From Chloroflexota bacterium (GTDB lineage Bacteria; Chloroflexota; Anaerolineae; Anaerolineales; Villigracilaceae), in assembly GCA_013112685.1 (NCBI GenBank), contig JABFGC010000002.1, forward strand, positions 264,223-328,222: DNA of 64,000 bases, given 5' to 3'. Shown here one piece after another: positions 42,177-53,103 of this stretch (position 1 is its first letter; each line of letters opens with the position of its first letter). Made by a program: the position numbers and the translations under genes. The notes below the pieces were generated by a model that saw only the letters and a list, made by a program, of their open reading frames with translations, did not search any database and was not told where the DNA came from.

Positions 42177-43585
42177 TTAGCGGGTGAGGAACCATGCCGC
42201 CACGTATCCTTCATGTGCGGCGTCCTTGACCTTGATCCATTGGTTGTTTGCCCCGATCTTGGATTCGCCGCCCGGCTCCACGATAGTGAATTCGTAGTTG
42301 ATCGGCACGCGCTTGATCAACGTCGCATCGCTCACGACGGGTTGATTGCGCAGCGAAACCGCCTCGGCGGTAGTGCGAACCTTGACCGGAGTCCCGCTGG
42401 CGGGCGGGGTGGCGCTGGTCGTCTGTGCGGTGGAGCCGCCCGCGTATTTGACGTACCACGCGGCGACGTATCCTTCCTTGCTGCCCGCATCGCGGACTTT
42501 GATCCACTGGTTTTGCACACCGACTTTTGGAATGGCTTGATTGGCAGGTTCGAGGCTGATCAATTGCTCGTCCGCGTTTATGTAGCGGATGAGCGTATCA
42601 GGCGAGACCACCGGCTTGCTGCGCAGGGAAATCTGTGTGGTGGGATAGAGCGCCAGTGCGCCGGCGGGCACGGGGGCGGGAGAGGGCGCGCTTCCGGGTT
42701 TGGGAGCGGAACCAGGCGTCGGGGCGGATCCGGGCGCGGGAGACGGGACAGGTTTCGAGGTCGGGGTGGAGGCGGTGCGCTTTTGGTCGGAAACGTACCA
42801 CGCGGCGACGTATCCCTGATCGCCGTTCGAGTCCTGCACCTGAATCCATTGCCCCTGCACGCCGATCTTTGCCTTCGCCTTGTCTTTCGGTTCGAGGCTG
42901 ATGAGTTCGGTGTTCATCAACATGCGCTTCCACAAATAGCCGGTGACGGAAGGCTCCGCGCGCAGGGCGAGGTCGTCTTCGGCGGCGTAAAGGATGAACT
43001 TCTCGGCGGGGAGCGGGAGGTTGGTCTTCTTGGGCGGCTCCGGCGGGACGACGCCGTAGTTGTTGAACCACAACACCGCGCTGATCTCGGTCGCCAGTTT
43101 TGCGCCGTTGTATTTGTAGCGCGTGGTGAGCAATACTTCCTTTTCGGGCGTGTCGCCGCTGTATTTGAACGGGTCGTAGATGACGTAATCGTCGCCCTTC
43201 TTTTCCTTCACCAGCACAAAATGGGTCTGGATGCCCGCCTGCTTGTTCCAATCCACCTGCAGGATGACCGGCTTGCCCTCGGCGACCGCCGCGTCAATTT
43301 GCGCGATGGGCGCGGGCGTGGTTTCGCAGGGCTGCATGTCGCGGTAGGCGCAGTTGCCCCACACGTACGGCAAGACGCTTGGGATAAAAAGCGCCCCCTG
43401 AAAACCGCCAGCCTTTTTCATTTTTCGTTGACGGTTACAGGGGTCTCGTCGTACCCGATGCCGTTCAGCATCATCGTGACCGATGTGAGCAGGCATCCCC
43501 ACGAGCCGATGGTCTCTGTTGAAAACCCGAGCGGAGTGCTCTTCCATGCGTCGTCGTTCTGATAAAGATTTTTGGTGACGAACAT
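42177..43585 (-). CDS. C39-like cysteine peptidase with three SH3b domains (frameshift near 43425)
   Basis: Corrected N-terminus LYQNDDAW...IGSWGCLLTS, THFVL, IYDP; three W(I)xVxD..GYVAAW repeats. Confidence 0.8.
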
Positions 43586-43746
43586 AAACCTTCACCTCCT
43601 GCTGAGTTGGTTGGATTGGATAATTTTACTCCATTTCGATTGTTGCGAAATTACGACTTTTTAAGGTTGGATGAAATTCCCCGCTTCACGCCGACCCGCA
43701 CCCTGTCCAACCCCATTTGGGCTTTTCCATGCTTGAGGTGGAACCG

Positions 43747-44487
43747 TCATCTGTTGTTCTGGTATTGGTTCAGCCACCAGGTGGAGCCGGGCAATCCGCT
43801 GACTTTGACGAGCCGGAGCAGCGCGTCGGTATCGAAATACACGCGGCGCAAATCCACCTCGAACAACTCCCCGACCTGTTCGAGGATGGCGTATTCCGCC
43901 CAGGGCAGGAGGGTGGGCGGCTTTCCGGGCGCATACGCATGGAGGAAGGCGTTGCCCACGCTGCCCGAATTCAGGATGAGCAGGTTTCCATGCCGTCGGT
44001 GCATTTGAATGTGGGAATGCCCGCCGATGAAAATGGTGGCGGAGTGACCCTTGAAATATTCATCCAGTTGCTCGGGCGGGGTGGTGGCGAGGATGAGGTC
44101 GGTGGTGGAACGGGGCGAGCCGTGAAAGGCAAGCAGTTTTATCTTCCTGGAAAACTCGATTTCGTGCGTCGCGGCAAAGGATTGGATGAAATTCAAATCG
44201 TCGCGCGTGAGTCGCTCGCGCCCCCAGTAAAGGTCCGGGACGAGGTAATCGGTGATTTCGTATTCCCCGGCTTTTTCAGGTTCGAGGATTGCCGCGTCGT
44301 GGTTGCCTTGGATGTTGACCGTGCCGAGTTCCCTGAGCGTGTCCAGCACTTCGCGCGGCTGGGGTCCGAGCGTGACCGTATCTCCAAGGCAAATGATTTG
44401 ATCTACCCTTTGCTGCTTAATGTCTGCAAGGACAGCCTCAAGCGCTGTGAAATTGCCATGAATGTCCGAGATGAATGCAATCCGCAT
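43747..44487 (-). CDS. Calcineurin-like metallophosphoesterase
   Basis: SDIHGN, GD, GNHD, HGS, GHSH, NSGSVG. Confidence 0.92.
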   Translation of the reverse strand: MRIAFISDIHGNFTALEAVLADIKQQRVDQIICLGDTVTLGPQPREVLDTLRELGTVNIQGNHDAAILEPEKAGEYEITDYLVPDLYWGRERLTRDDLNFIQSFAATHEIEFSRKIKLLAFHGSPRSTTDLILATTPPEQLDEYFKGHSATIFIGGHSHIQMHRRHGNLLILNSGSVGNAFLHAYAPGKPPTLLPWAEYAILEQVGELFEVDLRRVYFDTDALLRLVKVSGLPGSTWWLNQYQNNR

Positions 44488-44623
44488 GAAGAAACCCTTT
44501 ACACCCCACCATTGTACACGACCTGATGGGCTAATAAAATTTTTTACCTGGAAATAGCACTTTTGGGTGATGTTGTGCGCCGCGCATCCCCCGCACGCGG
44601 GGGTTGTCTCCCATTCTGGAGAA

Positions 44624-45070
44624 CTATCCGTCCTTTATGGCGATCTCGCGTGCGTTGATTTCAAGTTCGAGCCCGTCGCCGTATGGAATGGCGGGGATTT
44701 CCTGGGTGATGACTTCGATCAGCGACGGGTTCTGGAAGTGGCTCCTCTTTGTCTCCGGGTGCGGATAATATACCCAGCCCGGGTATTCTTTTCCATTGAA
44801 CACGACCTTGCAGCGCGAAAAGGAAAACGTTTCCGGCGGGTGCAGGTCGGTCCATTGCACCCGCTCGAATGTAATCTCCGGGGCGGACATTTCGAACGTG
44901 AGCGGCGCGATGGAGATATTCAGCGTGCCGTTGAAGTATTCGTACAGATCGAGTCCCAGCCGCTTGAAGAACGGTTTCTGCTTTTCCAGTGTGCTGTACG
45001 GATAATCGCGGGATGGACGCGAAGCGACCTGGTGTCCGCGCACGAGGATTCCGCGCAGGGTCCTGTTCAT
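44624..45070 (-). CDS. Hypothetical protein, CTP-dependent riboflavin kinase-like fold
   Basis: G.LV.G...AS, GTLNI, IEVI pattern. Confidence 0.5.
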   Translation of the reverse strand: MNRTLRGILVRGHQVASRPSRDYPYSTLEKQKPFFKRLGLDLYEYFNGTLNISIAPLTFEMSAPEITFERVQWTDLHPPETFSFSRCKVVFNGKEYPGWVYYPHPETKRSHFQNPSLIEVITQEIPAIPYGDGLELEINAREIAIKDG

Positions 45071-45253
45071 AATTCGCCCAAGTATATCAGGCGAAGTTCA
45101 GACCCTGAAAGTCTTCGAGCGTCCTTTTAGGGAAAGGCTTGGGCTTGGCTGGCAGGTTCGAGGTCCGTCAGGAGGCGGGTGGAATTTCATCCCCAAGTTG
45201 TGCTACAGTATAGATGTCCGGTTTGCGGGTCGAGCCGGGCAGGAGCAAGGAAA

Positions 45254-45526
45254 ATGGAAGTCGAAATTGGAAAAGTCACACATTACTTTACCCACCTGGG
45301 TGTGGCGGTGCTTTCACTGACCGACGGCCTGAAGTTGGGGGATCGCATCCACGTCTACGGACATGCGACCGATTTCACCCAGCGCGTTTCTTCGATGGAA
45401 GTTGACCATCACAGCATCGTGTGGGTGAAGCCCGGCGATAACGTCGCGGTCAAGCTGAACCAACCGGCGCACGTGCACGACCTGGTGTACAGGATCGTCG
45501 AAGAAAACCTGGAGCCCACCGCCTAA
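45254..45526 (+). CDS. Small translation-factor-like beta-barrel protein
   Basis: IGKVTHYF.HLGVA, LKLGDRIH, FTQRVSSMEVDH, PGDNVAVK. Confidence 0.75.
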   Translation: MEVEIGKVTHYFTHLGVAVLSLTDGLKLGDRIHVYGHATDFTQRVSSMEVDHHSIVWVKPGDNVAVKLNQPAHVHDLVYRIVEENLEPTA

Positions 45527-45750
45527 GCAGCGGAAAGATTGTTTACAACCGGCAGGCAACGATTGTGCCTTGCCCTGCTTTGTGTTTCAACCTGCGGATT
45601 CATTGAGCCGCTGGTCAGCCTTTCAACGCTGTCGCTCAGAGCGGCTTATTGTAGACCCATCCATTATCACAGAAAACCTCCGAGTCCTTCGGGATTTCGG
45701 GGGTTTTTGTATTGTCATTGCCTCGATAACCCTCTTTGAGGATGATTTTG

Positions 45751-45778
45751 TTGCTACAAGCCCAATATGTTGTATAAT
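45751..45778 (+). promoter_or_regulatory. Promoter for alaS leader
   Basis: TTGCTA-16-TATAAT, 7 nt before leader ATG. Confidence 0.65.
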
Positions 45779-45785
45779 CCTGCCC

Positions 45786-45863
45786 ATGAAACGAACCTGC
45801 CAGCCGACCGCAACTGCTCAAGCCGCCGCTAGGCGCGCACTCTACGAACCTGCCACGGCTTGA
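45786..45863 (+). CDS. Putative Ala-rich leader peptide of alaS
   Basis: MKRTCQPTATAQAAARRALYEPATA, 8 Ala in 25 codons, between promoter and terminator. Confidence 0.65.
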   Translation: MKRTCQPTATAQAAARRALYEPATA

Positions 45864-45884
45864 GACGGAATCGAAAGGAAATCC

Positions 45885-45919
45885 AGTCCCGCAACCGACA
45901 GGTTCGGGACTTTTTCTTT
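45885..45919 (+). terminator. Attenuator terminator upstream of alaS
   Basis: agtcccg.aacc-gaca-ggttcgggact followed by T-rich run. Confidence 0.75.
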
Positions 45920-45991
45920 GAACCCTCAACCTTTCAACCTTCAACCCGCTTGGTATAATTCGCCCGTCATTTTCGTTGTTTTGGAGACCGT

Positions 45992-48844
45992 ATGACCCGC
46001 AAACTCACAGGCAACCAGATCCGCCAGGACTTCATAGACTTCTTCGTCGAGCATGGACATACCGTCGTGCCTTCGATGTCGCTCGTCCCCGGCGGCGATT
46101 CCACGCTGCTCTTTACCAACTCTGGCATGGTGCAGTTCAAGGACGTCTTCCTCGGCACGGACAAACGCCCGTACACCCGCGTCGTTGACTCGCAAAAGTG
46201 TATGCGCGTGGCGGGCAAACACAACGATCTCGAAGATGTGGGGCGCGACGACACGCATCACACCTTCTTTGAGATGCTCGGCAACTGGTCGTTTGGCGAT
46301 TACTACAAAAAGGAAGCCATCGCCTGGTCGTGGCAGCTGCTCACCGAAGTATGGGGCTTGCCCAAAGACAAACTCTACGCCACCTGTTTCGAAGACGATC
46401 AGGGCAACATCCCGCGCGACGACGAAGCCGCCGACGCGTGGCGGGAGCAGCCCGGCTTCGACCCCTCGCACGTCCTTTTCTTTGGACGAAAGGAAAACTT
46501 CTGGCAAATGGCGGAGACCGGGCCCCTGCGGGCCCATGCTCCGAAATCCACATTGACCTCGGCGAGGAACGCGACAACCTGCGAGGCAAGCCGCATCGTC
46601 GCGGCGTGAACGGCGAATGTACGCGCTTCCTCGAACTGTGGAACAACGTCTTCATCCAATACAACCTCTTCGATGACGGTCGCCTCGAACCGGCGCCTGC
46701 CAAACACGTGGATACCGGCATGGGCTTCGAGCGCATCGTCGCCGTGCTTCAAGGCGTTGACTCGAACTACAAAACCGACCTCTTCGCCGGCTCGCTCGCG
46801 GTCCTGCGTTCGCTCACCGGTCACAGCGAGGCGGAAATGCTTGCGGATTTCACGCCGTACCGCGTCATTTGCGATCACGTCCGTTCGGCGGCATTTCTGA
46901 TCGCCGATGGCGTCGTGCCTGGCAACGCCGGGCGCAACTACGTCACGCGCATGATCATCCGCCGCGCCGCGCGCTTCGGCACCGAAATCGGACTCAACGA
47001 ACCCTTCCTCGCCAAAGCGGCGGAAGCGGTCATCGAACAATACGGGGATTTCTACCCCGAGCTCCGCAAAGCGCAGCCTGCTATTTTCGACAACCTGACC
47101 CGGGAGGAAATCCGCTTCGCCCGGACGGTGGAGGCGGGTACTAACCATTTATTAGCTCTTGTCGATGAGATGATTCAACAAGGTAAAACTGTTTTTGATG
47201 GACGAAAAGCCTTTGATCTTTATGCCACTTATGGCTTGCCGCTTGAAATTACAAAAGATATTTTGCAGGAGCGATACTTGGTCTTAATGGAAGGCAAATT
47301 GCCAGTATCTATTGCCGATATGAGTCATATAACTGTAGACGAAGCCGGTTTCACCGAAGCCAGGGAAAAACACGCCCTCGCCTCCGGCGGCGGCAAAGCC
47401 ATGGGCAAACTTGGCGGCGAGGATGCGGAATTCTTTGCCGGTATTTTGAAAGACCTGCAAGCCAGGGGCAAGTTGGGTAAGGACGGTGTCGAATATGACC
47501 CGTATACGGGTACACAGGTAGACAGGTATACAGGGCTGGAGGTGCTGGCGCTGGTTGTGAACGGACAACTGGTTGAGTCTGCCGAATTGGACGACCAGGT
47601 CGAGGTCATCCTTCCCAAAACCGGCTTCTACATCGAAGCGGGCGGTCAGGTGGATGATACGGGTTACATTCGCTCCCTCACCCCTTCCCCTCTCCCAGTG
47701 GGAGAGGGGGAGGGGGCCGGGGGAGGAGGGTGAGGTCATTTGGGAAATCGAAATCACCGGCATGCGCCGCGCATCCGCAGGCGTGATCGTCCACATCGGC
47801 ACGGTCATCTCCGGTCAGCCCAAAGTCGGTGACAAGGCTGTCGCCGAAGTGGATGTCACCCGCCGCCACGACATCATGCGTAATCACACGGCGACTCACT
47901 TGCTGCACAAGGCGCTGCATGAAGTCCTCAGCGACCAGGCAAAGCAGGCGGGCTCGCTCGTCGCGCCGACGCACCTGCGCTTCGACTTCAACCACCCCGA
48001 AGCCTTGACCCCCGAACAGATCGAGCGCATCGAGCGCATGGTCAACGAAGCCATTGCCGCCGACATGCCCGTCGTCAAACAGGTCAAATCGCTGGAGGAA
48101 GCCAAAAAGGAAGGCGCGATGGCGATTTTCGGCGAAAAATACGGCGAGACCGTGCGCACCATTTCCATCATGGAATCCGATGGCTCTGCTGACGAAGGGA
48201 AATACTCCTACGAGTTGTGCGGCGGCACCCACCTTGACCGCACCTCCGACATCGGTGTTTTCCTCATCGTCAGCGAAGGCTCGGCGGCGGCGGGCGTGCG
48301 CCGCATCGAAGCGGTGACCGGACGCGGCGCGTATGAATTGATTCAAAAGCGCTTCAAGACCTTGAAGCAGACTGCCGGGGTGTTGAAGACCTCCCTCGAA
48401 GAGGTCCCCGCCAAAGTGGAATCTTTGCAGGAAGAAGTCTCTGATTTGAAGAAGGAACTCGCTGCGCTGCGAACTCAGAGCGCGCTTTCCACTTTCCACT
48501 CGCTGCTTTCCAACGTCCAAACTGTGCAAGACGTCAACGTCCTCGCCGCCGAAATCCCGAACGCCGACGCAGATACCCTGCGTTCGCTGGCGGACGCGTT
48601 CCGCGAGAAACATCCGAAGAATGGCGCAGCGGTCTTCGTTGCCGGTTCGACCATCATCGCCACCGTGACCGAGGATGTGGTCAAACGGGGAGTCAAAGCC
48701 GGGGATTTGATCACAGGCATCGGCGGGAAGGGAGGCGGGCGTCCAAATCTCGCGCAGGGCAGCCTGCCGAATGGCGACGTCCGGGCGGCGCTGGCAAAAC
48801 TCCCGAAGATCATCGCAGAAAAAGCAGGGCGCGGCGCAAAGTAA
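45992..48844 (+). CDS. alaS: Alanine--tRNA ligase (frameshifts near 46530 and 47720)
   Basis: [66 protein letters not shown]. Confidence 0.97.
47675..47735. repeat. C/G-rich palindromic element inside alaS
   Basis: ccctcacccc..ccctctccc-agt-gggagaggg...gggtgagg. Confidence 0.7.
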
Positions 48845-48881
48845 AACTTTCCCTGCAACTTTTCAAGATCGAAATCATCCA

Positions 48882-49503
48882 ATGAATGAAACGAAAAACC
48901 GCGAGATTTCCATCGAAGCCCTGCGCGCCGGGGGACCGCACCGAATTTGCCCGCCTGGTGGATGCCTACTCCGCGCCGATCTACCGCCTCGGCTTGAAAA
49001 TGCTCGGCAACCAGCAGGATGCCGAGGATGTGCTTCAAAACACGTTTCTCAATGCGCTCACCCATCTTGCGGACTTCGAGGGACGCTCCAGCCTTTCGAC
49101 GTGGCTTTACCGCATCGCCTCGAACGAAGCCCTGATGCTGCTGCGCCGCAAAAAGAACGCCGTCAACCTCGACGACTTCCACCCAGACGACGCCGAAGAA
49201 TCGCCGCTCCCGGAAGTCTTTGTGGATTGGAGCGCGCTTCCCGAAGACGAACTGCTTTCGGGCGAAGCCAAAATGGCGCTGGACGCCGCAATAAACAAAC
49301 TGCCCGAACCCCTGCGCATGGTTTTCATCCTGCGCGACATCGAAGGCGTTTCCATCAAAGAGACCGCTGAAATTCTCGGCTTGACCGAAACCAATGTGAA
49401 AACCCGCCTCCTGCGCGCCCGCATGTTCCTGCGCGAACAGTTATCCGCCTATTACAGCGAGCGCCTGACCCGAGAGGAGACCCATGAGCGACCATCTCCA
49501 TAA
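48882..49503 (+). CDS. ECF RNA polymerase sigma factor (frameshift in G run near 48930)
   Basis: DAEDVLQ.TF, STWLYRIA.N, ETAEILG...NVKTRLLRAR. Confidence 0.93.
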
Positions 49504-49747
49504 AAACTGCCAGGATTTGCTTGGCTCTTTATCCGAATACATTGACGGCGGACTGCCCCCCGATTTGTGCCGGGAGATCGAAAAGCATCTCGAAGGATGC
49601 GACAACTGCCGCGTCGTTTTGAACACTACCAGACGGACGATTGACCTGATGCAGATTCCAGCGGAGGAGGAGACCGTCCCCACCGACGTGCGCGAGCGTC
49701 TCTTCAAACGCCTCAACCTGGACGATTACCTGAATCGACAGAAGTGA
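49484..49747 (+). CDS. Zinc-binding anti-sigma factor (zf-HC2)
   Basis: LSEYIDG, HLEGCDNC; overlaps sigma gene. Confidence 0.9.
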   Translation: MSDHLHKNCQDLLGSLSEYIDGGLPPDLCREIEKHLEGCDNCRVVLNTTRRTIDLMQIPAEEETVPTDVRERLFKRLNLDDYLNRQK

Positions 49748-49756
49748 GTTTTTCTC

Positions 49757-50650
49757 CTACCCAAGCGCGACAAACAATGCAATGATCGCCAGCTGCGCCA
49801 GCGGATAATAACTGGCGTTGTCGAATAACGCCGCCGCCTGGCGTTCCTCCCGCCGTTGGGCGAGTTGCACTCCCGGTCGCAGGAGCAGATAGGCTCCGGC
49901 GGCGGCGCTCGCCAGCAGGTAGAGCCAGCTCAAATTGAGGGGAGATGCGAGCGGCAGGAACAGGCTGATGGTCACAGTCAAAGCAAGCGTGAGCACGACG
50001 ATGATTCCCGCTGTCCGCGTGCCGAGTTGGAGGGGAATCGTTTTGGCATTGACGCGCTTATCTTCCACGGTGTCGTTCCAATCGGCGGGGACGTTCTGCC
50101 CGCCAATCTCCCAGAAGAAAACCCAGGCAAGCACCAGCAGGACAAGCGCAGGCGAAGGAGTGAGGTCAACGACGAAGATCGCCGCGATGGGACCGCTCGA
50201 TTTAACCAGCCCGCTGACGAACGTCCGCAGGTAGGTGACTTTGAGCAGGGAGACAGTAAACTACTTCAGAATCGCGGCGGCGACCAGGATGACGACGATG
50301 GCGGGATTGAGCAGGTAGGAGCCGATGAGCGCCGCGATGAACCAGCCCGCAAACCAAAGCCAGCCGCTGCGATAACTGAGGATTTCCTGCGCCAGCGGGT
50401 AACGCATGTCCGACGCCTCGACGGAATACCCGGCGTTGATCCCGCCGCGGAATTTTTCCTTGTCCACCGCGATGCCGACCAGGTCGTTCAAGGCGTAGAT
50501 GGCGGTGTAGGCGGCGAAGGCGGTGAAGATCGAGAGGAGGATGGTCTGCCATTGCGGAAAGTCACCCAGCCAGAGCAGGGCGACAAAACCCGGCGTGGCG
50601 AGGTCCAACACCCCATGTGTTGTGCGGGAAAGTGCGAAGAAGCGTTTCAT
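49757..50650 (-). CDS. UbiA-family prenyltransferase (frameshifted)
   Basis: NDLVGIAVD and DWNDTVED...KTIP acidic motifs, many TMs. Confidence 0.85.
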
Positions 50651-50670
50651 TGAAAAGATCTCCAATCCAC

Positions 50671-50710
50671 TGTCATTGCGAGCGGCGCCTTGGCGCCGCT
50701 CGCAATGACA
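50671..50710. repeat. Perfect palindrome with 19-bp arms
   Basis: tgtcattgcgagcggcgcc-tt-ggcgccgctcgcaatgaca. Confidence 0.85.
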
Positions 50711-50716
50711 TAAAAA

Positions 50717-51424
50717 TTATTTCTTTACGAAATGCGCCATGTAGTTCACATCTTCCTTGCCTGCGGCGACCTTCCATGAGCCGGTGAAAGGGTTGTACAT
50801 CAGGCTGGCGAGGCGCACAAATTCCAGCCCAGCCCGGTGGTTCCAATCCTTCATCTCACTCGGACGAATCAGTTTTGAATAGGTGTGCGTGCCGCGCGGC
50901 AGGAGTCGCAGGATGTACTCTCCGCCGACGATGGCGAACAGGAAGGCTTTGGGTGTGCGGTTGATGGTCGAGAAGAAGGCATGACCGCCCGGCTTGAGGG
51001 CTTTGGCGCACGCCGCCACCACCTTCACCGGTTCTGGCACGTGTTCCAACATTTCCATGCAGGTAATGGCATCGAACGTCCCCGCCTGCTTTTCGGCGAG
51101 GTCGTGAACGCTTTCGTAGCGATAGTCAATCTGAAGACCCTGACTCTGCGCGTGCTGTTTGGCGACGTGGATGGACGCCTCGGACAAGTCCAAGCCTGTC
51201 ACCTGCGCCCCGGCTTTTGCCAGCGCCTCCGAGAGGATTCCCCCGCCGCAGCCCACGTCCAGAATGCGCGGATTTGGGACGGTGAGTTTTTCCATAATGA
51301 AGTGGGTGCGCAGCGGGTTGATGGTGTGGAGCGTGCCCATCTCGCCTTTGGGGTCCCACCAGATTTGCGAGACCCGGTCGAACTTTTCGATTTCCTTGTT
51401 GTCTGCGTTCTCAAATGATTTCAT
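50717..51424 (-). CDS. ubiG: UbiG-type O-methyltransferase
   Basis: EIEKF...WWDPKG..LHTINPLR, LDVGCGGG, CMEMLEHVP, FFSTINRT. Confidence 0.9.
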   Translation of the reverse strand: MKSFENADNKEIEKFDRVSQIWWDPKGEMGTLHTINPLRTHFIMEKLTVPNPRILDVGCGGGILSEALAKAGAQVTGLDLSEASIHVAKQHAQSQGLQIDYRYESVHDLAEKQAGTFDAITCMEMLEHVPEPVKVVAACAKALKPGGHAFFSTINRTPKAFLFAIVGGEYILRLLPRGTHTYSKLIRPSEMKDWNHRAGLEFVRLASLMYNPFTGSWKVAAGKEDVNYMAHFVKK

Positions 51425-52541
51425 GTTTTATGGCGGTCCAATCTTCTAAAGTTTTCACAGCGGATTCGATTTCATCCGCGTTGATGTCGTTCAGGAATAC
51501 GCAATCGCCGATGCCGCGCGGCATGGGGACGCGCTGTAGCCCGTTCCGGTGGTAGGTGCGCTCTGTCAGCGAAGCGTGGAGCAGGCACGGGTCCAGGATG
51601 GAGGCGTCGGGCGAAATCCCCAGCATCTCGGTCAGGCGGAAGATGCGGGTGGTCTCTTCGTCCGTCAGGAGATGACGCGAGCGGGCGATCAAGGTCGATA
51701 TGAGAATGTCCAGCAAAGCACCGCCTCGCCGTGAAGCAGGTGCGCTTCGTGGCGCGTCTCCAAGCCGTAACTGAAGGTGTGACCGAAATCCACCTTGCGC
51801 GCCAGATCCTCCTCGAAGAGATTCGGCTCCAGTTCCTCCAGCATCCCCGCGATGGCTCGGTCGAGGATGACGCCGCTTTGCTCATCCTGAAAATGCGAGT
51901 GGACGCTTTGCGCGCCGTGCATTTCCAAAAGGTGGAAAAGTCCCGCGTCTTTGATGACCGCGAGTTTGATGATCTCGCACACGCCGTTGAGCAGGTGACG
52001 GCGCGGCAGGGTTTTGAGGAAGGCTTTATCGAGCAGGACGGTCTGCGGCGCGTGGAACGCCCCGAGACGGTTCTTGTTGCTGTTGAAATTGAAACCGGTC
52101 TTGATGCCGATGGAGGCGTCCACGTAGCCCATCAGGGTGGTGGGCACTTTGATGAAAGGCACGCCTCGGCGGTAACTGGCGGCGACGAAGCCGACCCAGG
52201 TCGGTTAGCACGCCGCCGCCGATGGCGATGACCGGCTCGTCGCGGCGGTGGATGGGAAAGGCGTCCAGTTCGTGCGCGATGGAGAGGTAGTGATCAAGGG
52301 TTTTGCTTTCCTCGCCGCCGGGAAAGACGACGATCTTCGCTTCCACGTGATGGTAGTCGAAATACTCGCGAATGGCGGCGGAGTAATGTTTCTCCACGTT
52401 GGCGTCCACCACCACAAAACGGCGGGCGTCTTCGATGCGCCCGGCGGAGAGCAGCGCCCAGTTCTGCGGATGGAAAATGTTGGCGGTGCTGACGACCTCG
52501 TATTCGATGGCGTGTTGAAAAGCGACTCGCTTTTTGTTCAT
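51411..52541 (-). CDS. Sedoheptulose 7-phosphate cyclase, EEVS-like (two frameshifts)
   Basis: RRDEPVIAIGGGVLTD, VPTTL, KNRLG, MLEELEPNLFE, VDFGHTFS, LHGEAV. Confidence 0.88.
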
Positions 52542-52549
52542 TCTTTCCC

Positions 52550-53029
52550 TCACACCACCTGCCGCCAGTTTGCTTTGGCATCCAATACGCGCCTGGCGAG
52601 CGCCTGCGCCATTTCGAGGCTGTGGTTTTTGTAGTTGCCGCACTGCGCGATGTTGGCATACGGCACTTCGGCGGCGGTCAGGACGTCGTTCAGGATTTTT
52701 TCGTACGCGTCGAGGATGGCGTCGGCGCGCCCTTCGTTGAAGAGGATGAGATAAAAGCCGGTCTGACAGCCCATCAAGCCGATGGAGATGAAATTCTGCG
52801 GCATGTATTTTTGAAAGCCCCACAGCAGGAAATGCTCGAAGGAGTGCATTTCCGTGGAAGATAGAAATGTCGAGTTGGGCTGGTTGATGCGCAGGTCCAC
52901 GGCATAGACCACGCCGCCGTTCGGTCCCTCCGTTGCGGCGCGCAGTTTGACGTGGGGCGCTTTCAATAGCCGGTGATCCATTTCACCGACGGTCCCAGCC
53001 TCCCAGCCGAGTTGTTTGAGGTCTACCAT
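52550..53029 (-). CDS. luxS: S-ribosylhomocysteine lyase
   Basis: DLRINQPN, HSFEH, MGCQTGFY, CGNYKNH. Confidence 0.92.
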   Translation of the reverse strand: MVDLKQLGWEAGTVGEMDHRLLKAPHVKLRAATEGPNGGVVYAVDLRINQPNSTFLSSTEMHSFEHFLLWGFQKYMPQNFISIGLMGCQTGFYLILFNEGRADAILDAYEKILNDVLTAAEVPYANIAQCGNYKNHSLEMAQALARRVLDAKANWRQVV

Positions 53030-53103
53030 AACTCTCTCCTGTAATTTGTTGTACCGCGACATTCATGTCGCATTTTGGGCGCAAGATGAATCTTGCGGCA
53101 CGT

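Noticed and set aside
45786-45990. T-box riboswitch before alaS
   Set aside because: No T-box consensus (GGTGGNACCGCG) or stem I motifs seen; leader-peptide model fits better
51411-52541. Housekeeping aroB or mycosporine (DDGS) cluster
   Set aside because: Motif is EEVS-type MLEELxPNL rather than DDGS-type MLELExPNL; no shikimate or ATP-grasp genes adjacent
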